The notes: a model not told the origin generated them from the letters alone. A stretch of DNA of 64,000 nucleotides from an uncultured Candidatus Saccharibacteria bacterium (GCA_964589005.1 CAZPQI010000001.1:67675-131674), one strand, 5' to 3'. Counted from the first letter of the stretch, positions 27,091 to 37,055 are shown. Numbers and translations: made by a program.

Positions 27091-27948
27091 ATGAGTAATA
27101 CAAATACATGGGTTACTGGAATTGTTCTTTTAGTAATTGGATTTTTTGTAGGATCCTACGGATTAGGTATAGGAAGCTCAGCAAAGAATGTAGCTGTAGC
27201 ATCAGAAATGTCTGCAAGTGCTGATGGGTTAGCTTTATGGCAGTTCCCTGACAAACGGGCGCTCGATCCAGAAATATTCGGGACTCCACAAAATCCACTA
27301 AATAGTGACTTGCTTCCATTGAGCAAACGGGACGTAAACACAGCTGGAACAGCATATACAACAATAAAACAGCCAGCCATGTTTTCAAATAAAACAAAGC
27401 AAACTACCGGCTCGATAACTATTTCTGTTTCAGATTTGACAGCAAAAGATGGACCGAATTCAAAAGATTCTGCAGAAGTGGAAGCTAACTTTAAGGGACC
27501 AAATGGCGAGAAATTTAGAGTAGTTCTTAATAAACTCATATCAAAAGGTGGAGAACACCAGATGTTTGGTGGAGTAGGCACAAACGTGCTTATGCATGGT
27601 GCAACGGGTATTGGGACTCCCCTTGTTGCTGAAGAGTTCTCATACATTACCCTCTGGGGTACTGGAGACTTCTACAAAGACGGAGAACTTGTAGATGAAA
27701 ACCGAATAATTCATATTATGGTCAGTGAGCGCACACGAGATGCTGATTTCAAAGTTGGATTTGGTGTAGCGCAACCTGACAAACTGGAAATTCACTTAGC
27801 AATGCCTCCAAAGAAGGGAACGCCATCAGGACCAGTTGACAGTCCATTGCCAACGGGAGTTATTTTACCTAACGGAGTCGAACAGCCCTTCATACACACA
27901 AACTTCTATGGAAACATAGAATTGAATGGCAACCAATTTGTGCAGTAG
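27091..27948 (+). CDS. hypothetical exported protein (285 aa)
   Basis: N-terminal TM segment/signal peptide (WVTGIVLLVIGFFVGSYGLG). No recognisable domain. Confidence 0.5.
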   Translation: MSNTNTWVTGIVLLVIGFFVGSYGLGIGSSAKNVAVASEMSASADGLALWQFPDKRALDPEIFGTPQNPLNSDLLPLSKRDVNTAGTAYTTIKQPAMFSNKTKQTTGSITISVSDLTAKDGPNSKDSAEVEANFKGPNGEKFRVVLNKLISKGGEHQMFGGVGTNVLMHGATGIGTPLVAEEFSYITLWGTGDFYKDGELVDENRIIHIMVSERTRDADFKVGFGVAQPDKLEIHLAMPPKKGTPSGPVDSPLPTGVILPNGVEQPFIHTNFYGNIELNGNQFVQ

Positions 27949-27971
27949 AAATAGCGGAAACACATTCATTT

Positions 27972-27999
27972 AAAAACATCCTTACACAAGGATGTTTTT
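27972..27999 (+). terminator. rho-independent terminator (aaaaacatccttacacaaggatgttttt)
   Basis: Perfect hairpin flanked by an A-run and a T-run. Confidence 0.8.
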
Positions 28000-28107
28000 A
28001 ATTCAGTACAAAGGTGTGCAAAATTACTGCTACTGCTTGCGTATATGCCTAAAAACGTTAGGATAACGTATCGAACATTGAAAACTGATTAGTTAAAACT
28101 CATATTT

Positions 28108-28251
28108 ATGGCAAAACGAGCAACAGGTATTGAAAAAGGTAAAAAATCCCATTCACGAAAAACAAAAAAACGTCTTGACGTAAAGCACGCAATGCTTGAG
28201 AAAAAAGCAGAAAAAAATAAGTATAAGAACAAAAATAAGGGAAAAAGATAG
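28108..28251 (+). CDS. possible 47-aa highly basic peptide (low confidence)
   Basis: MAKRATGIEKGKKSHSRKTKKRLDVKHAMLEKKAEKNKYKNKNKGKR. Followed immediately by a very strong terminator. Confidence 0.25.
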   Translation: MAKRATGIEKGKKSHSRKTKKRLDVKHAMLEKKAEKNKYKNKNKGKR

Positions 28252-28261
28252 ATTTTTACCT

Positions 28262-28301
28262 CAAGCAAAAAGGAGCTCGCGTCGCGAGCTCCTTTTTGCT
28301 T
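28262..28301 (+). terminator. strong rho-independent terminator (caagcaaaaaggagctcgcg tc gcgagctcctttttgcttg)
   Basis: 19-bp perfect stem. Confidence 0.8.
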
Positions 28302-28329
28302 GACATATGCACCCTAATGCTATTTAATA
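28300..28329 (+). promoter_or_regulatory. sigma70-like promoter (TTGACA..17-18..TTAATA) with a roughly 175-nt 5'-UTR upstream of csp
   Basis: The -35/-10 elements were read by eye. A long 5'-UTR is characteristic of cold-shock genes. Confidence 0.4.
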
Positions 28330-28504
28330 CCTCTTAATCAAGTAGCTCCTATAGAGGAAAACCAAGTCGAGTTTGATTTTTTGGGTTGTTTACTGTGACT
28401 AGCTAGGAGAATCGCGAAAGCTTGCTTTCACGATATCCGAGTTACGGCACAATATGGAACGAATTCCATATTTGAAGTATTATAAATTTTTTGTTCAAAG
28501 AAAA

Positions 28505-28705
28505 ATGACACAAGGAACTATCGCTCGCATCATGGATAAAGGCTACGGCTTTATCAAGGTTGAAGGGCAAGAAAAGGACCTTTTCTTTCACTCTAACGAA
28601 CTTCAAAACGCTTCGTTTGACGACCTACAAGAGGGAGACAACGTAGAGTTCGAAGTTACAGAGGGAGAAAAAGGACCACAAGCTGTGAACGTTAGCAAAG
28701 TCTAA
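28505..28705 (+). CDS. cspA: cold-shock protein (CspA family)
   Basis: 66 aa. MTQGTIARIMDKGYGFIKVEGQEKDLFFH... carries the RNP1/RNP2-like motifs. Confidence 0.9.
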   Translation: MTQGTIARIMDKGYGFIKVEGQEKDLFFHSNELQNASFDDLQEGDNVEFEVTEGEKGPQAVNVSKV

Positions 28706-28875
28706 CTAGAGCATATTTGAAAACTTCATTCCGGCTCTGTTTTCACGTATTTCCCCCGACTACTCGTAAGAAAATTTTTGAAATATCTCGATATTCCTCT
28801 AACTTTCTTGCTTCGTATCGAACGAAATACGATAAAACATCCTCGAAAGCAAGTTTTCAAACAAGCTCTCACAAC

Positions 28876-28907
28876 AAAAACCCCGCGGGCTAGCCCGCGG
28901 GGTTTTT
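28876..28907. terminator. bidirectional terminator (aaaaaccccgcgggctagcccgcggggttttt)
   Basis: Perfect GC hairpin flanked by A5 and T5. Confidence 0.8.
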
Positions 28908-28966
28908 GTTTTTCTACTCCGAAGATCCACACTAGTACACACGTGCAAATACTTTATACTGTTGAG

Positions 28967-29566
28967 GTGAAATCTTTTTTCCAGGAGCTACTAAGTACAC
29001 GGAGAGGAAAATTTTGGGCACTATTCTTTATTTTGGTACTCCTTTCACTGTTTTTCCAAATAGTACATTTTGGTGAACATATAATCCAAACTGTAGCTTG
29101 GATTTTTGGATACCGTGGCGCTCCATACGTTACAACTACTGGCCATTACTTGATTCAAACATTGGGTACCATAGCAGCTCCTACAGCTGATGCGGCTCGT
29201 CAATTTCTTATGGGAAACGAAATCTTGCACCTCATCGGAAACGCAATCTATGCCTTTGGAACCGTGGGATTACTCTTTTTTATTCGTATCAAAGTTGCTA
29301 TAACAGCTGCACTTATAGAAGTGTTTCATCTCTACGAACATATTTCTCTAACCCTTTCTGCCGCAATAATGAGCTCTCCTATTGGTATGAGCACTCTTTG
29401 GGGGCTAACTATGGATCCAGCAATTTCAGTAACCATTCGCGTATGGTGGCATTTCTCCATGAATGCTATTCCAACATTCTTATCGATACTCGCTCTTTAC
29501 TTTGTGTATAAATCAGTGAAGCTCAAAAATAAAAAGCGTAAAGACTCTGCGATTGAAACTCTATAA
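28967..29566 (+). CDS. hypothetical polytopic membrane protein (start uncertain)
   Basis: The tracked ORF (28778-) reads through the terminator at 28876-28907, so its N-terminus is rejected. GTG at 28967 or a downstream TTG/ATG are candidate starts. Multiple hydrophobic helices. Confidence 0.35.
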   Translation: MKSFFQELLSTRRGKFWALFFILVLLSLFFQIVHFGEHIIQTVAWIFGYRGAPYVTTTGHYLIQTLGTIAAPTADAARQFLMGNEILHLIGNAIYAFGTVGLLFFIRIKVAITAALIEVFHLYEHISLTLSAAIMSSPIGMSTLWGLTMDPAISVTIRVWWHFSMNAIPTFLSILALYFVYKSVKLKNKKRKDSAIETL

Positions 29567-29602
29567 TAGCGATGCGAAAACAAGTCTTCGCGCCGTATTT
29601 TT

Positions 29603-31408
29603 TTACTTCTGATTATTCTTTTGGTTGCTCGTTGCCATTTTTCTGTCGGTTTCGGTGAGGTACTGCTTACGTAAGCGAATATCACTCGGCGTTACCTCCA
29701 AATACTCATCTGCGCCCATATACCCCATCGCTTTTTCTAATGTTAACTCTAGTGGCGGTGCAAGCTTTATATTTTCATCCGTCCCTGACGCACGCATATT
29801 TGTAAGTTGCTTGCCTTTTGTAGGGTTTACCATCATATCTTCTCCTTTAGAAGTATTACCGACTACCATTCCTTCATATACTTCAGTAGTGGGAGCGATA
29901 TACAATACTCCTCTCTCTTGCAAATTTGCCAATGAAAAACCAAGTGCTTTCCCATTTGCCATTGAAACCATCGAACCAAGTTCTGTTTTCTGAATTTCTC
30001 CAGCGTATGGTCCAAAGTGACTAAATATAGATGTCATAATTCCCTCTCCTTTTGTGTCGATGATCATTTCGTTTCTATACCCTAAGAGTCCTCGCGTAGG
30101 AACTTCTAACGTAATACGCACCTCTCCGTGCTCTTGCACCATACCTGTCATAACACCACGACGCTTTCCCAATTTTTCAATAACCGCTCCAGAGAATTCG
30201 TCTGGGACCAAAATGCTCACATCTTCATACGGTTCCAATTTTTTACCATCTTTTTCTTTAAAAATAACTTCAGGTTGCGAAACAGAAAGCTCGAATCCTT
30301 CACGACGCATATTTTCTATTAGAACTGCAAGATGCAATTCCCCTCGTCCGTACACCTTCATTCGTGCGCCCTCTAGAAAGTCTACACGAAGCCCGACATT
30401 TACTTCTAATTCTTTTTCTAAACGCTCTCGAATCTGTCGTCCAGTTACATACTTTCCTACGCGTCCTGCAAATGGGGAACTATTTACAAACATAAAGAAG
30501 GAGATCGTGGGCTCATCCACTGCAATAGCGGGAAGTGCTTCGCCTCCGGCAACTTGCAAAAGTGTGTGACCGATAAAAATTTCTGGGATACCCGCAATCA
30601 TCACAATGTCACCTGCGCTAGCCTCTTTAACTTCTTTTTTGGTCATACCTTCAAACGTAAAAAGTTTTGCTACTTTCCCCTTGAACTCATTGCCCGTAGC
30701 ATCTTTAAGAAAAATGTCTTGCTTCTCTTTAATAGTTCCTTCATAAATGCGCGCCACACCCATACGTCCGAGAAAATTATCATGCGCAAGGTTGAATACT
30801 TGGCTAGACAGAGCCTTGTCTTTAAGGTTATCTCCCGAAGCTGCGGGGATTTTTTCTAGTATTGTGTCGAGTATTGGAGTTAAATCCACGGCGTTGTCTT
30901 CCATTTTACGCTTTGCCACACCATCGCGCCCAATAGCGTATAGCGTCGGAAAATCCAATTGTTCGTCAGTCGCTCCAAGATCTAAAAAGAGTTCGTATAC
31001 AGCCTCCTGAGCTTTATCCACATCCGCTGCTGGTTTATCAATCTTGTTTAAAATAAGTATCGGCTTGAGTCCAAGCTCGAGCGATTTCTTCAATACAAAT
31101 TTTGTTTGTGGCATTGGACCTTCGGCTGCGTCTACTACCAATAAAACAGAATCGATCGAACGCAGTACACGTTCAACTTCTGAACCAAAATCGGCGTGCC
31201 CAGGCGTATCGAGGATATTTATCTTGGTGTCTTTATAGAATACGCTAGTATTTTTTGCATAGATTGTAATACCCCGTTCCATTTCCAGTGCATCAGAATC
31301 CATAGATACTCCTTCTTTTCCAGCACCAGTTTGCGCAAGAAGAGCATCAGTAAGTGTTGTCTTACCGTGGTCTACGTGGGCTATGATTGCTATGTTTCGT
31401 ATTTCCAT
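29603..31408 (-). CDS. typA: translational GTPase TypA/BipA
   Basis: AHVDHGKTT, DTPGH and NKIDK G-motifs with EF-G-like domains. The start is taken at MEIRNIAIIAHVDHGKT. Confidence 0.95.
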   Translation of the reverse strand: MEIRNIAIIAHVDHGKTTLTDALLAQTGAGKEGVSMDSDALEMERGITIYAKNTSVFYKDTKINILDTPGHADFGSEVERVLRSIDSVLLVVDAAEGPMPQTKFVLKKSLELGLKPILILNKIDKPAADVDKAQEAVYELFLDLGATDEQLDFPTLYAIGRDGVAKRKMEDNAVDLTPILDTILEKIPAASGDNLKDKALSSQVFNLAHDNFLGRMGVARIYEGTIKEKQDIFLKDATGNEFKGKVAKLFTFEGMTKKEVKEASAGDIVMIAGIPEIFIGHTLLQVAGGEALPAIAVDEPTISFFMFVNSSPFAGRVGKYVTGRQIRERLEKELEVNVGLRVDFLEGARMKVYGRGELHLAVLIENMRREGFELSVSQPEVIFKEKDGKKLEPYEDVSILVPDEFSGAVIEKLGKRRGVMTGMVQEHGEVRITLEVPTRGLLGYRNEMIIDTKGEGIMTSIFSHFGPYAGEIQKTELGSMVSMANGKALGFSLANLQERGVLYIAPTTEVYEGMVVGNTSKGEDMMVNPTKGKQLTNMRASGTDENIKLAPPLELTLEKAMGYMGADEYLEVTPSDIRLRKQYLTETDRKMATSNQKNNQK

Positions 31409-31595
31409 ATGTATAACTTTCATAACTACGTATATTTTGAATGAAGAAATAAACGTAGTGATTATTCTGAATTTATGTCTCGATTTCTCCCCGCTTTTCT
31501 TAGGGAGAAATTGCTAGACCACAATTACCACTAACAATCCCTCACGCCTCGAACTGTACGTAGTTCTGCAACTTCTACACTAGTTGCATTTAAAC

Positions 31596-31660
31596 AAAAA
31601 AACCCGCACTAGCGGGTAATGTGTGCAAACTATACAACACTTGCACTATTAATTCAATAT
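31596..31660 (-). promoter_or_regulatory. minus-strand promoter (TTGAAT..17..TATAGT), followed within about 10 nt of the predicted +1 by a terminator-like hairpin (acccgcactagcgggt plus U7), about 200 nt upstream of typA
   Basis: Elements read from the sequence on the minus strand. Their function as an attenuator or 5' stabiliser is inference. Confidence 0.3.
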
Positions 31661-31701
31661 GTGCGCTATACTAAACTTATATTAAGTAATTACGTACGTG
31701 T

Positions 31702-32085
31702 ATGTTGGAATCTATTATTATAAACGTAAATTGGGTCGCGACTCTTGTCGGAGCAGTCGTAGCCTTTGGTGTTGGATGGTTGTGGTACTCACAAAAAATG
31801 TTTGGTACTAAATGGGCAGAAGGAATCGGATTAGTTGGAGATCACAAACCAACGACGCACGCAATGGTTGCGCAAGGTGTTGGAACTTTTCTTCTCGCAT
31901 GGGTTATCGGTGTTACTGAAACCACGGGAGCAATTGCTCTTGCTATTCTTATTGCACTTACCATTTCGGTTCTTATAAAAGCCAACGGCTTTTGGTCCCA
32001 AAAAAGTAAGTATGCAATTGCTGTTGAATCGGGATACATTCTCGTTATGGTGATCATTATGATCGCCGCACACGCATTTTTGTAA
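31702..32085 (+). CDS. small hydrophobic membrane protein
   Basis: 127 aa with four predicted TM helices. Confidence 0.45.
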   Translation: MLESIIINVNWVATLVGAVVAFGVGWLWYSQKMFGTKWAEGIGLVGDHKPTTHAMVAQGVGTFLLAWVIGVTETTGAIALAILIALTISVLIKANGFWSQKSKYAIAVESGYILVMVIIMIAAHAFL

Positions 32086-32188
32086 GAATTTTAAAAAATG
32101 GCACAGGTCAAGCTAAAAACAAAAGGACACTGCGAAGCGTCTCTGATTTTCTTAATGGAATCAAGAAAAGCGCGCAGCTACAAAGACG

Positions 32189-33250
32189 ATGGGAGATAAC
32201 ATAAAAAACCAATTTCGTCCGTATATGAAATACATACCGACGGCTGCACTAGCATTCGGTCTGGTTTTCGATATTTTTACAATCGACCGACCAGACGCAC
32301 TATTTGAAAACGTAACCATCATTGGTTACTTAGTACTCAGTGCTCTTGCGATGCTCGCTCTACAAGCTCGTATACATAAAGAAAGCGAAAATAAAAGATT
32401 ACTACTACTTGGTATTTTACAATTTAGTTTCGGAAACCTAGCGAGCGCACTTATGGTGCTTTACGCACGTAGTGGAACACTAGCTGGAAGCGCAATTTTT
32501 ATTATTATTCTTGCGCTTTTATTAATTGGAAATGAAGTACTTAAAAATAACTACGCACGAACTCATTTGCGAATTGTGATTTGGTTCACACTCCTGCTTA
32601 CTTACAGCACACTCGCAGTTCCAATACTTTTAAACAGCATCGGTGTAATGACATTCTTTGTAAGTATTCTCATAGCACTTGGTCTTGCAGCGTTTTTTGT
32701 CTTTCTTCTTTCTCGAGTCGTACGTAACTCATTCAAAAGTCGTGCTCGTCGTGCGTTAGTTTCGGTCGTGCTGGTAGCAACAGGCTTTAGTGGCTTGTAT
32801 TTTGCTAATCTTATCCCTCCTGTACCACTCGCACTAAAATCTATCGGCATCTACCACTCAGTTGAACGAGTAGACCAAGTGTATAATGCGCAATACGAGG
32901 CACCGCGATGGTACGAATTTTGGCGAGAAACTAACAAAACATTCAGCTATAAAGCAGGTGATCTTGCGTATTGTTTTTCTTCAGTATTTGCACCACGTGA
33001 TTTAAAAACTGAAATCCGCCATCGATGGGAAAGATATGACGAAACAAAAAAGGAATGGCGAACTGTTGCGCGTATTCCATTTCCCATCCTTGGCGGTCGC
33101 GATGCTGGGTTCCGAGGCTATACACAAACTTCACAAATATCTGAGGGCACATGGCGTTGCGGTGTTGAAACTGCACGAGGTAATTTAATTGGACGCACCA
33201 CATTTATAGTAGAAAACGGGACTCAAAAAATAAAATCTACCACTCTATAA
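32189..33250 (+). CDS. hypothetical membrane protein (polytopic N-terminal half, soluble C-terminal domain)
   Basis: 353 aa. Hydrophobic segments run through about residue 210. The C-terminal region is rich in W/R/Y. Confidence 0.45.
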   Translation: MGDNIKNQFRPYMKYIPTAALAFGLVFDIFTIDRPDALFENVTIIGYLVLSALAMLALQARIHKESENKRLLLLGILQFSFGNLASALMVLYARSGTLAGSAIFIIILALLLIGNEVLKNNYARTHLRIVIWFTLLLTYSTLAVPILLNSIGVMTFFVSILIALGLAAFFVFLLSRVVRNSFKSRARRALVSVVLVATGFSGLYFANLIPPVPLALKSIGIYHSVERVDQVYNAQYEAPRWYEFWRETNKTFSYKAGDLAYCFSSVFAPRDLKTEIRHRWERYDETKKEWRTVARIPFPILGGRDAGFRGYTQTSQISEGTWRCGVETARGNLIGRTTFIVENGTQKIKSTTL

Positions 33251-33908
33251 CTTTTTCATTTTTTTCATGCAGATACTTATTTGCCTGACTAAAATGTTTG
33301 CAGCCGAAAAAACCATTATATGCAGAAAATGGTGACGGATGCGAAGCCTCAAGCACCAAGTGTTTTGCCCAGTCGATGTCACTCCCCTTCTTTTTTGCGT
33401 AGTTTCCCCACAACATAAATACAATTCCTTCGCGTTCGTCAGATAACTTCTTAATTATCGCATCAGTAAATTCTTCCCAACCTTTTCCTTGGTGCGAGCC
33501 AGCTTCGTGAGCTTGAACTGTAAGAGTAGAATTAAGAAGAAGCACCCCTTGTTTCGCCCATCTCTCTAAATCACCACCACCTTCCAGTAATGATGGACAT
33601 CCGATGTCCATCATTATCTCTTTATATATGTTTTGTAGTGAAGGGGGAAGCCGCACACCCTCGCTGACCGCAAAACATAAACCATTTGCTTGTCCTTCGC
33701 CATGGTATGGATCTTGCCCAAGAATAACAACTTTAACGTCATCAAACGGACATAGGTCTAAAGCTCGAAATATGTTTTTTGGATGAGGGTATACTTTTCT
33801 CTCAGAATATTCTTCGTGTACGAATTCGCACAAATTTTTAAAGTACGTTTTATTAAACTCACTTTTTAGTTTAATTCCCCACGATTTTTCAATTTGAACA
33901 TCTTTCAT
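33237..33908 (-). CDS. ung: uracil-DNA glycosylase (family 1)
   Basis: Motifs GQDPYHG and HPSPFS. 223 aa. Confidence 0.95.
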   Translation of the reverse strand: MKDVQIEKSWGIKLKSEFNKTYFKNLCEFVHEEYSERKVYPHPKNIFRALDLCPFDDVKVVILGQDPYHGEGQANGLCFAVSEGVRLPPSLQNIYKEIMMDIGCPSLLEGGGDLERWAKQGVLLLNSTLTVQAHEAGSHQGKGWEEFTDAIIKKLSDEREGIVFMLWGNYAKKKGSDIDWAKHLVLEASHPSPFSAYNGFFGCKHFSQANKYLHEKNEKVIEW

Positions 33909-33983
33909 AATTATCTAAAAGAGTACCACGTTGCATCAACCTCAATCACCTATTTTCGACGAGAATATAAAGAAAACAAAAAG

Positions 33984-34028
33984 CACTGTAAGTGATACGT
34001 CATAAAAAGTAACGTATCACTTACAGTG
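33984..34028 (-). terminator. 17-bp-stem hairpin (cactgtaagtgatacgt...acgtatcacttacagtg) with a T-run on the minus strand
   Basis: Perfect inverted repeat with an 11-nt loop. Lies downstream of the minus-strand ORF 34054-34431. Confidence 0.6.
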
Positions 34029-34053
34029 TATATATTGATTGAGCGCATTCACA

Positions 34054-34431
34054 CTAAACTGCTTCATCACCAACCACCTTTGTGCTGGTGATTAAATATC
34101 CTTTAAGCGTATTGGCGTACCTAACTTTTATAACCCTGTACGTTCCGAAGTCTTCGATTACATTTAGTACTGTAATGAGTCGGACAATCCTGATACATAG
34201 CAGATTACTGTTAAAAAGTTCCACACCCTTATTGAAATCCCTTTCAAACATTTTTCCGATTAAAATAGCAGTGTCCTTGTTCTGACAATACGGACCAGTA
34301 AAAAGAGTCATCTCACCAATCGTAAATGGTTTCTTATACTTTCGAGGATGGTAAGAAGCTGTGAGAAAGAAAATCATGGTGAAACTCAACGCAAGAGTAA
34401 TGGTTACCCTGCGAAACCTTTCCATATTCAT
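34054..34431 (-). CDS. hypothetical protein with N-terminal TM segment
   Basis: 125 aa. No motif recognised. Confidence 0.35.
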   Translation of the reverse strand: MNMERFRRVTITLALSFTMIFFLTASYHPRKYKKPFTIGEMTLFTGPYCQNKDTAILIGKMFERDFNKGVELFNSNLLCIRIVRLITVLNVIEDFGTYRVIKVRYANTLKGYLITSTKVVGDEAV

Positions 34432-34534
34432 TTATTTGCCTTTCTACAAAAAATTGCCCTTAAAAAAGAGCGACTATAGTAAGTAATATATAAATACTGC
34501 ACTTAGTCAATAAAATATGCATAACCGTACATAT

Positions 34535-34565
34535 AAAAACACTCGTCAATGACGAGTGTTTTTAT
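34535..34565. terminator. bidirectional terminator (aaaaacactcgtcaatgacgagtgttttt)
   Basis: Perfect hairpin flanked by A5 and T5. Confidence 0.8.
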
Positions 34566-34579
34566 ATGTATCACTACCG

Positions 34580-34849
34580 TTATTTACGGAAGCAATCACG
34601 ACACTTCAAATTGCTAGTGTCTCGAGGTTCAAATGGTAAGCTCGTAATGGCTCCCCCACAATCAGCACAAGTCCAGTTTCCTTCGTGCATTGCACGTTCA
34701 GGACGATCAGTTTGCCCTTTCTTGTGGCAGTCTCCGCATTTAAGCGAGTCTGCTCGCGCAGGATCTGGTTCGAATGGAAGTTCTGTAATTGCACCTCCAC
34801 AACTACCACATTTCCAATCTCCAGTGAACATTTTTCTTTCTTCGTTCAT
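34580..34849 (-). CDS. tandem zinc-ribbon protein (two CxxC...CxxC repeats)
   Basis: Repeat 1 is GDWKCGSCGGAITELPFEPD...LKCGDC. Repeat 2 is GNWTCADCGGAITSLPFEPR...LKCRDC. Confidence 0.5.
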   Translation of the reverse strand: MNEERKMFTGDWKCGSCGGAITELPFEPDPARADSLKCGDCHKKGQTDRPERAMHEGNWTCADCGGAITSLPFEPRDTSNLKCRDCFRK

Positions 34850-34976
34850 TGTAAAATATTTTTTCTATTAGTACGTTTTCAGTGTCGACGCGATTAGTGC
34901 ACACAAACTGCAGGCAAATCTATTTCGAAAACCATAATAAGCCTATCACGTATGATATACTCTCGCATACAAAATT

Positions 34977-35714
34977 ATGGATAGAGAAAAACCCGCACTC
35001 GAGATAAAAAATTTACACAAAGCGTACGGCAAAACAGTTGCTGTGGACGATATTTCTCTTACACTACCGCGTGGTGCTTTTTTAGGGCTCTTGGGACCAA
35101 ACGGTGCAGGTAAATCGACTCTTATAAACTGCATTGTAGGAGTAAACAAAATAACAAGTGGTACGATTAGCACTTTTGGGTTCGATGTCGAAAAAGACTA
35201 CCGTGAATCGCGCAGAACAATTGGCATCGCCCCACAAGAATTTAATGTGGATTTTTTCGCAAAAGTTTGGAAAGTCCTCGACTATGTAGGCGGGTACTAC
35301 GGTATGCGAAAAGAAGAGAGGGCACAACGTATCGAAGAACTCCTTGACCAATTTCAACTTCAGAAACATCGCGATAAATCGTTTAACGAACTATCGGGTG
35401 GATTAAAGCGACGTGTTGTGCTCGCTCGTGCACTCATACACGACCCTGAGCTCATCATTCTAGACGAGCCAACAGCAGGGATTGATGTTGAGCTCCGCCG
35501 TGAATTATGGGGACACTTACAAGAACTTTCAAAACGAGGAAAAACCATACTCCTTACATCTCACTACCTCGACGAAGTAGAGTTGCTCGCAGACCGTTTT
35601 GCTTTTATTAGCGACGGAAAAATAGTTGCACAAGGATCAAAAGAGAAAATGCTCACAGGAGGTAAAGACTTAGAAGATTTATATCTTGAATTAACTAGTA
35701 ATAACAACGTATGA
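34977..35714 (+). CDS. ABC transporter ATP-binding protein
   Basis: Motifs GPNGAGKST, LSGGLKRR and ILDEPTAGID. Confidence 0.9.
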   Translation: MDREKPALEIKNLHKAYGKTVAVDDISLTLPRGAFLGLLGPNGAGKSTLINCIVGVNKITSGTISTFGFDVEKDYRESRRTIGIAPQEFNVDFFAKVWKVLDYVGGYYGMRKEERAQRIEELLDQFQLQKHRDKSFNELSGGLKRRVVLARALIHDPELIILDEPTAGIDVELRRELWGHLQELSKRGKTILLTSHYLDEVELLADRFAFISDGKIVAQGSKEKMLTGGKDLEDLYLELTSNNNV

Positions 35715-36472
35715 ACTGGATAGGACTCTACACACTCGTGCGCAAAGAAATGGAGCGAACATTTCGCGTGGTTATTCAGACAATTTTTAGCCCTGTTATT
35801 TCTGCCACACTATTTATATTTGTCTTTGGAACAATCGTAGGGACACGCATCGACGAAATCGGAGGCGTACCATATATCGTATTCGTATTTCCAGGAATTT
35901 TAATTATGAATGTTCTTACGTCAGCGTTCTCTCACTCTTCAAGCGCAATATATTTTGCTCGGTTTATTCGTAACATCGACGAAATGCTTGTCGCCCCTCT
36001 TTCATACTTCGAAATTATGCTGGCTAATGTCATCAGTTCTGTAACGCGCGCCATTGTCGTTGGTTTTGTTATTGTGCTTGTGGGTATTCTTTTCGGCGCT
36101 GTTCAAATGCAAAACTTCTTTCTCTTTCTCATATATATTATCGCAGTTGCTGTTGTTTTTGCACTTCTTGGTATTATTACTGGTCTTGCCGCCAAAAGTT
36201 TTGAGCAACTTAATATTTTAAGCACGTTTATAATACTTCCTTTCTCATTTTTGGGAGGAATGTTTTACACACTCGATATGTTACCCGCTGCGGCACAAAA
36301 AGTAGCCGTTCTTAATCCATTCTTTTACTTTGTTGATGGAATTCGCTACGCAATGGTAGGTATTCACGACTCCAATCTGCTTGTCGGCGCTGGACTAATG
36401 CTTGCACTCATTCTTTCGCTAGGAGCCATAGTATGGTGGATTTTCTACACTGGTTGGAGAATTCGTGAATAG
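35711..36472 (+). CDS. ABC-2 type transporter permease
   Basis: Six TM segments. Coupled to the ATPase by an ATGA overlap. Confidence 0.8.
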   Translation: MNWIGLYTLVRKEMERTFRVVIQTIFSPVISATLFIFVFGTIVGTRIDEIGGVPYIVFVFPGILIMNVLTSAFSHSSSAIYFARFIRNIDEMLVAPLSYFEIMLANVISSVTRAIVVGFVIVLVGILFGAVQMQNFFLFLIYIIAVAVVFALLGIITGLAAKSFEQLNILSTFIILPFSFLGGMFYTLDMLPAAAQKVAVLNPFFYFVDGIRYAMVGIHDSNLLVGAGLMLALILSLGAIVWWIFYTGWRIRE

Positions 36473-36518
36473 AAGGAATTAACTCTAGAGTTAATTCCTT
36501 CATGGTATACTCCCCATT

Positions 36519-37043
36519 ATGAGCACAACACTACGCCTTTCGGGAGCTGTGATACTCTCCGTAATAGCGTTTATTCTTTGGGCGATTACTTCTCCTTCGA
36601 CGACAATAGAACCAATAGTTGCCGAGCCTGAGTCAGCAGTGGTAACACGAGTAATAGATGGGGACACCATAGTGATTACTGGTGCTGAAAAAGTACGACT
36701 TATCGGTATAAATACTCCTGAATTTTATGGAGATTCCGAAAGTAACGAATGTTTTGCGTTAGAAGCAAAATCGCTCATCGAACAACTTATCCTCGGAAAA
36801 AGTATACGTCTAGAAAGCGACGTTTCGCAGACCGACAAATATAACCGACTTTTACGATATGTATATATCGAAAATTCCCCTTCTTCTGATGCCGAAGATG
36901 TGTCAGTAAATGAAATCTTGGTGCAAGAAGGATTCGCACGCGCTCGTGCTTTTCCACCCGACACTAAACTACAAGCAGAACTAAAAGGACTAGAGCGCAA
37001 CGCACAAGAAAACAAACTCGGTTTATGGGGAGTATGTGAATAG
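36519..37043 (+). CDS. thermonuclease (SNase-like) family protein with N-terminal TM anchor
   Basis: VIDGDTIVI...RLIGINTPE...YNRLLRYVY...GLWG, typical of micrococcal-nuclease homologs. Confidence 0.8.
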   Translation: MSTTLRLSGAVILSVIAFILWAITSPSTTIEPIVAEPESAVVTRVIDGDTIVITGAEKVRLIGINTPEFYGDSESNECFALEAKSLIEQLILGKSIRLESDVSQTDKYNRLLRYVYIENSPSSDAEDVSVNEILVQEGFARARAFPPDTKLQAELKGLERNAQENKLGLWGVCE

Positions 37044-37055
37044 TGTTCGCCTTCC

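Noticed and set aside
28778-28966. N-terminal 63 codons of the tracked ORF 28778-29566
   Set aside because: The reading frame runs straight through the perfect GC hairpin terminator at 28876-28907. The real gene, if any, starts downstream.
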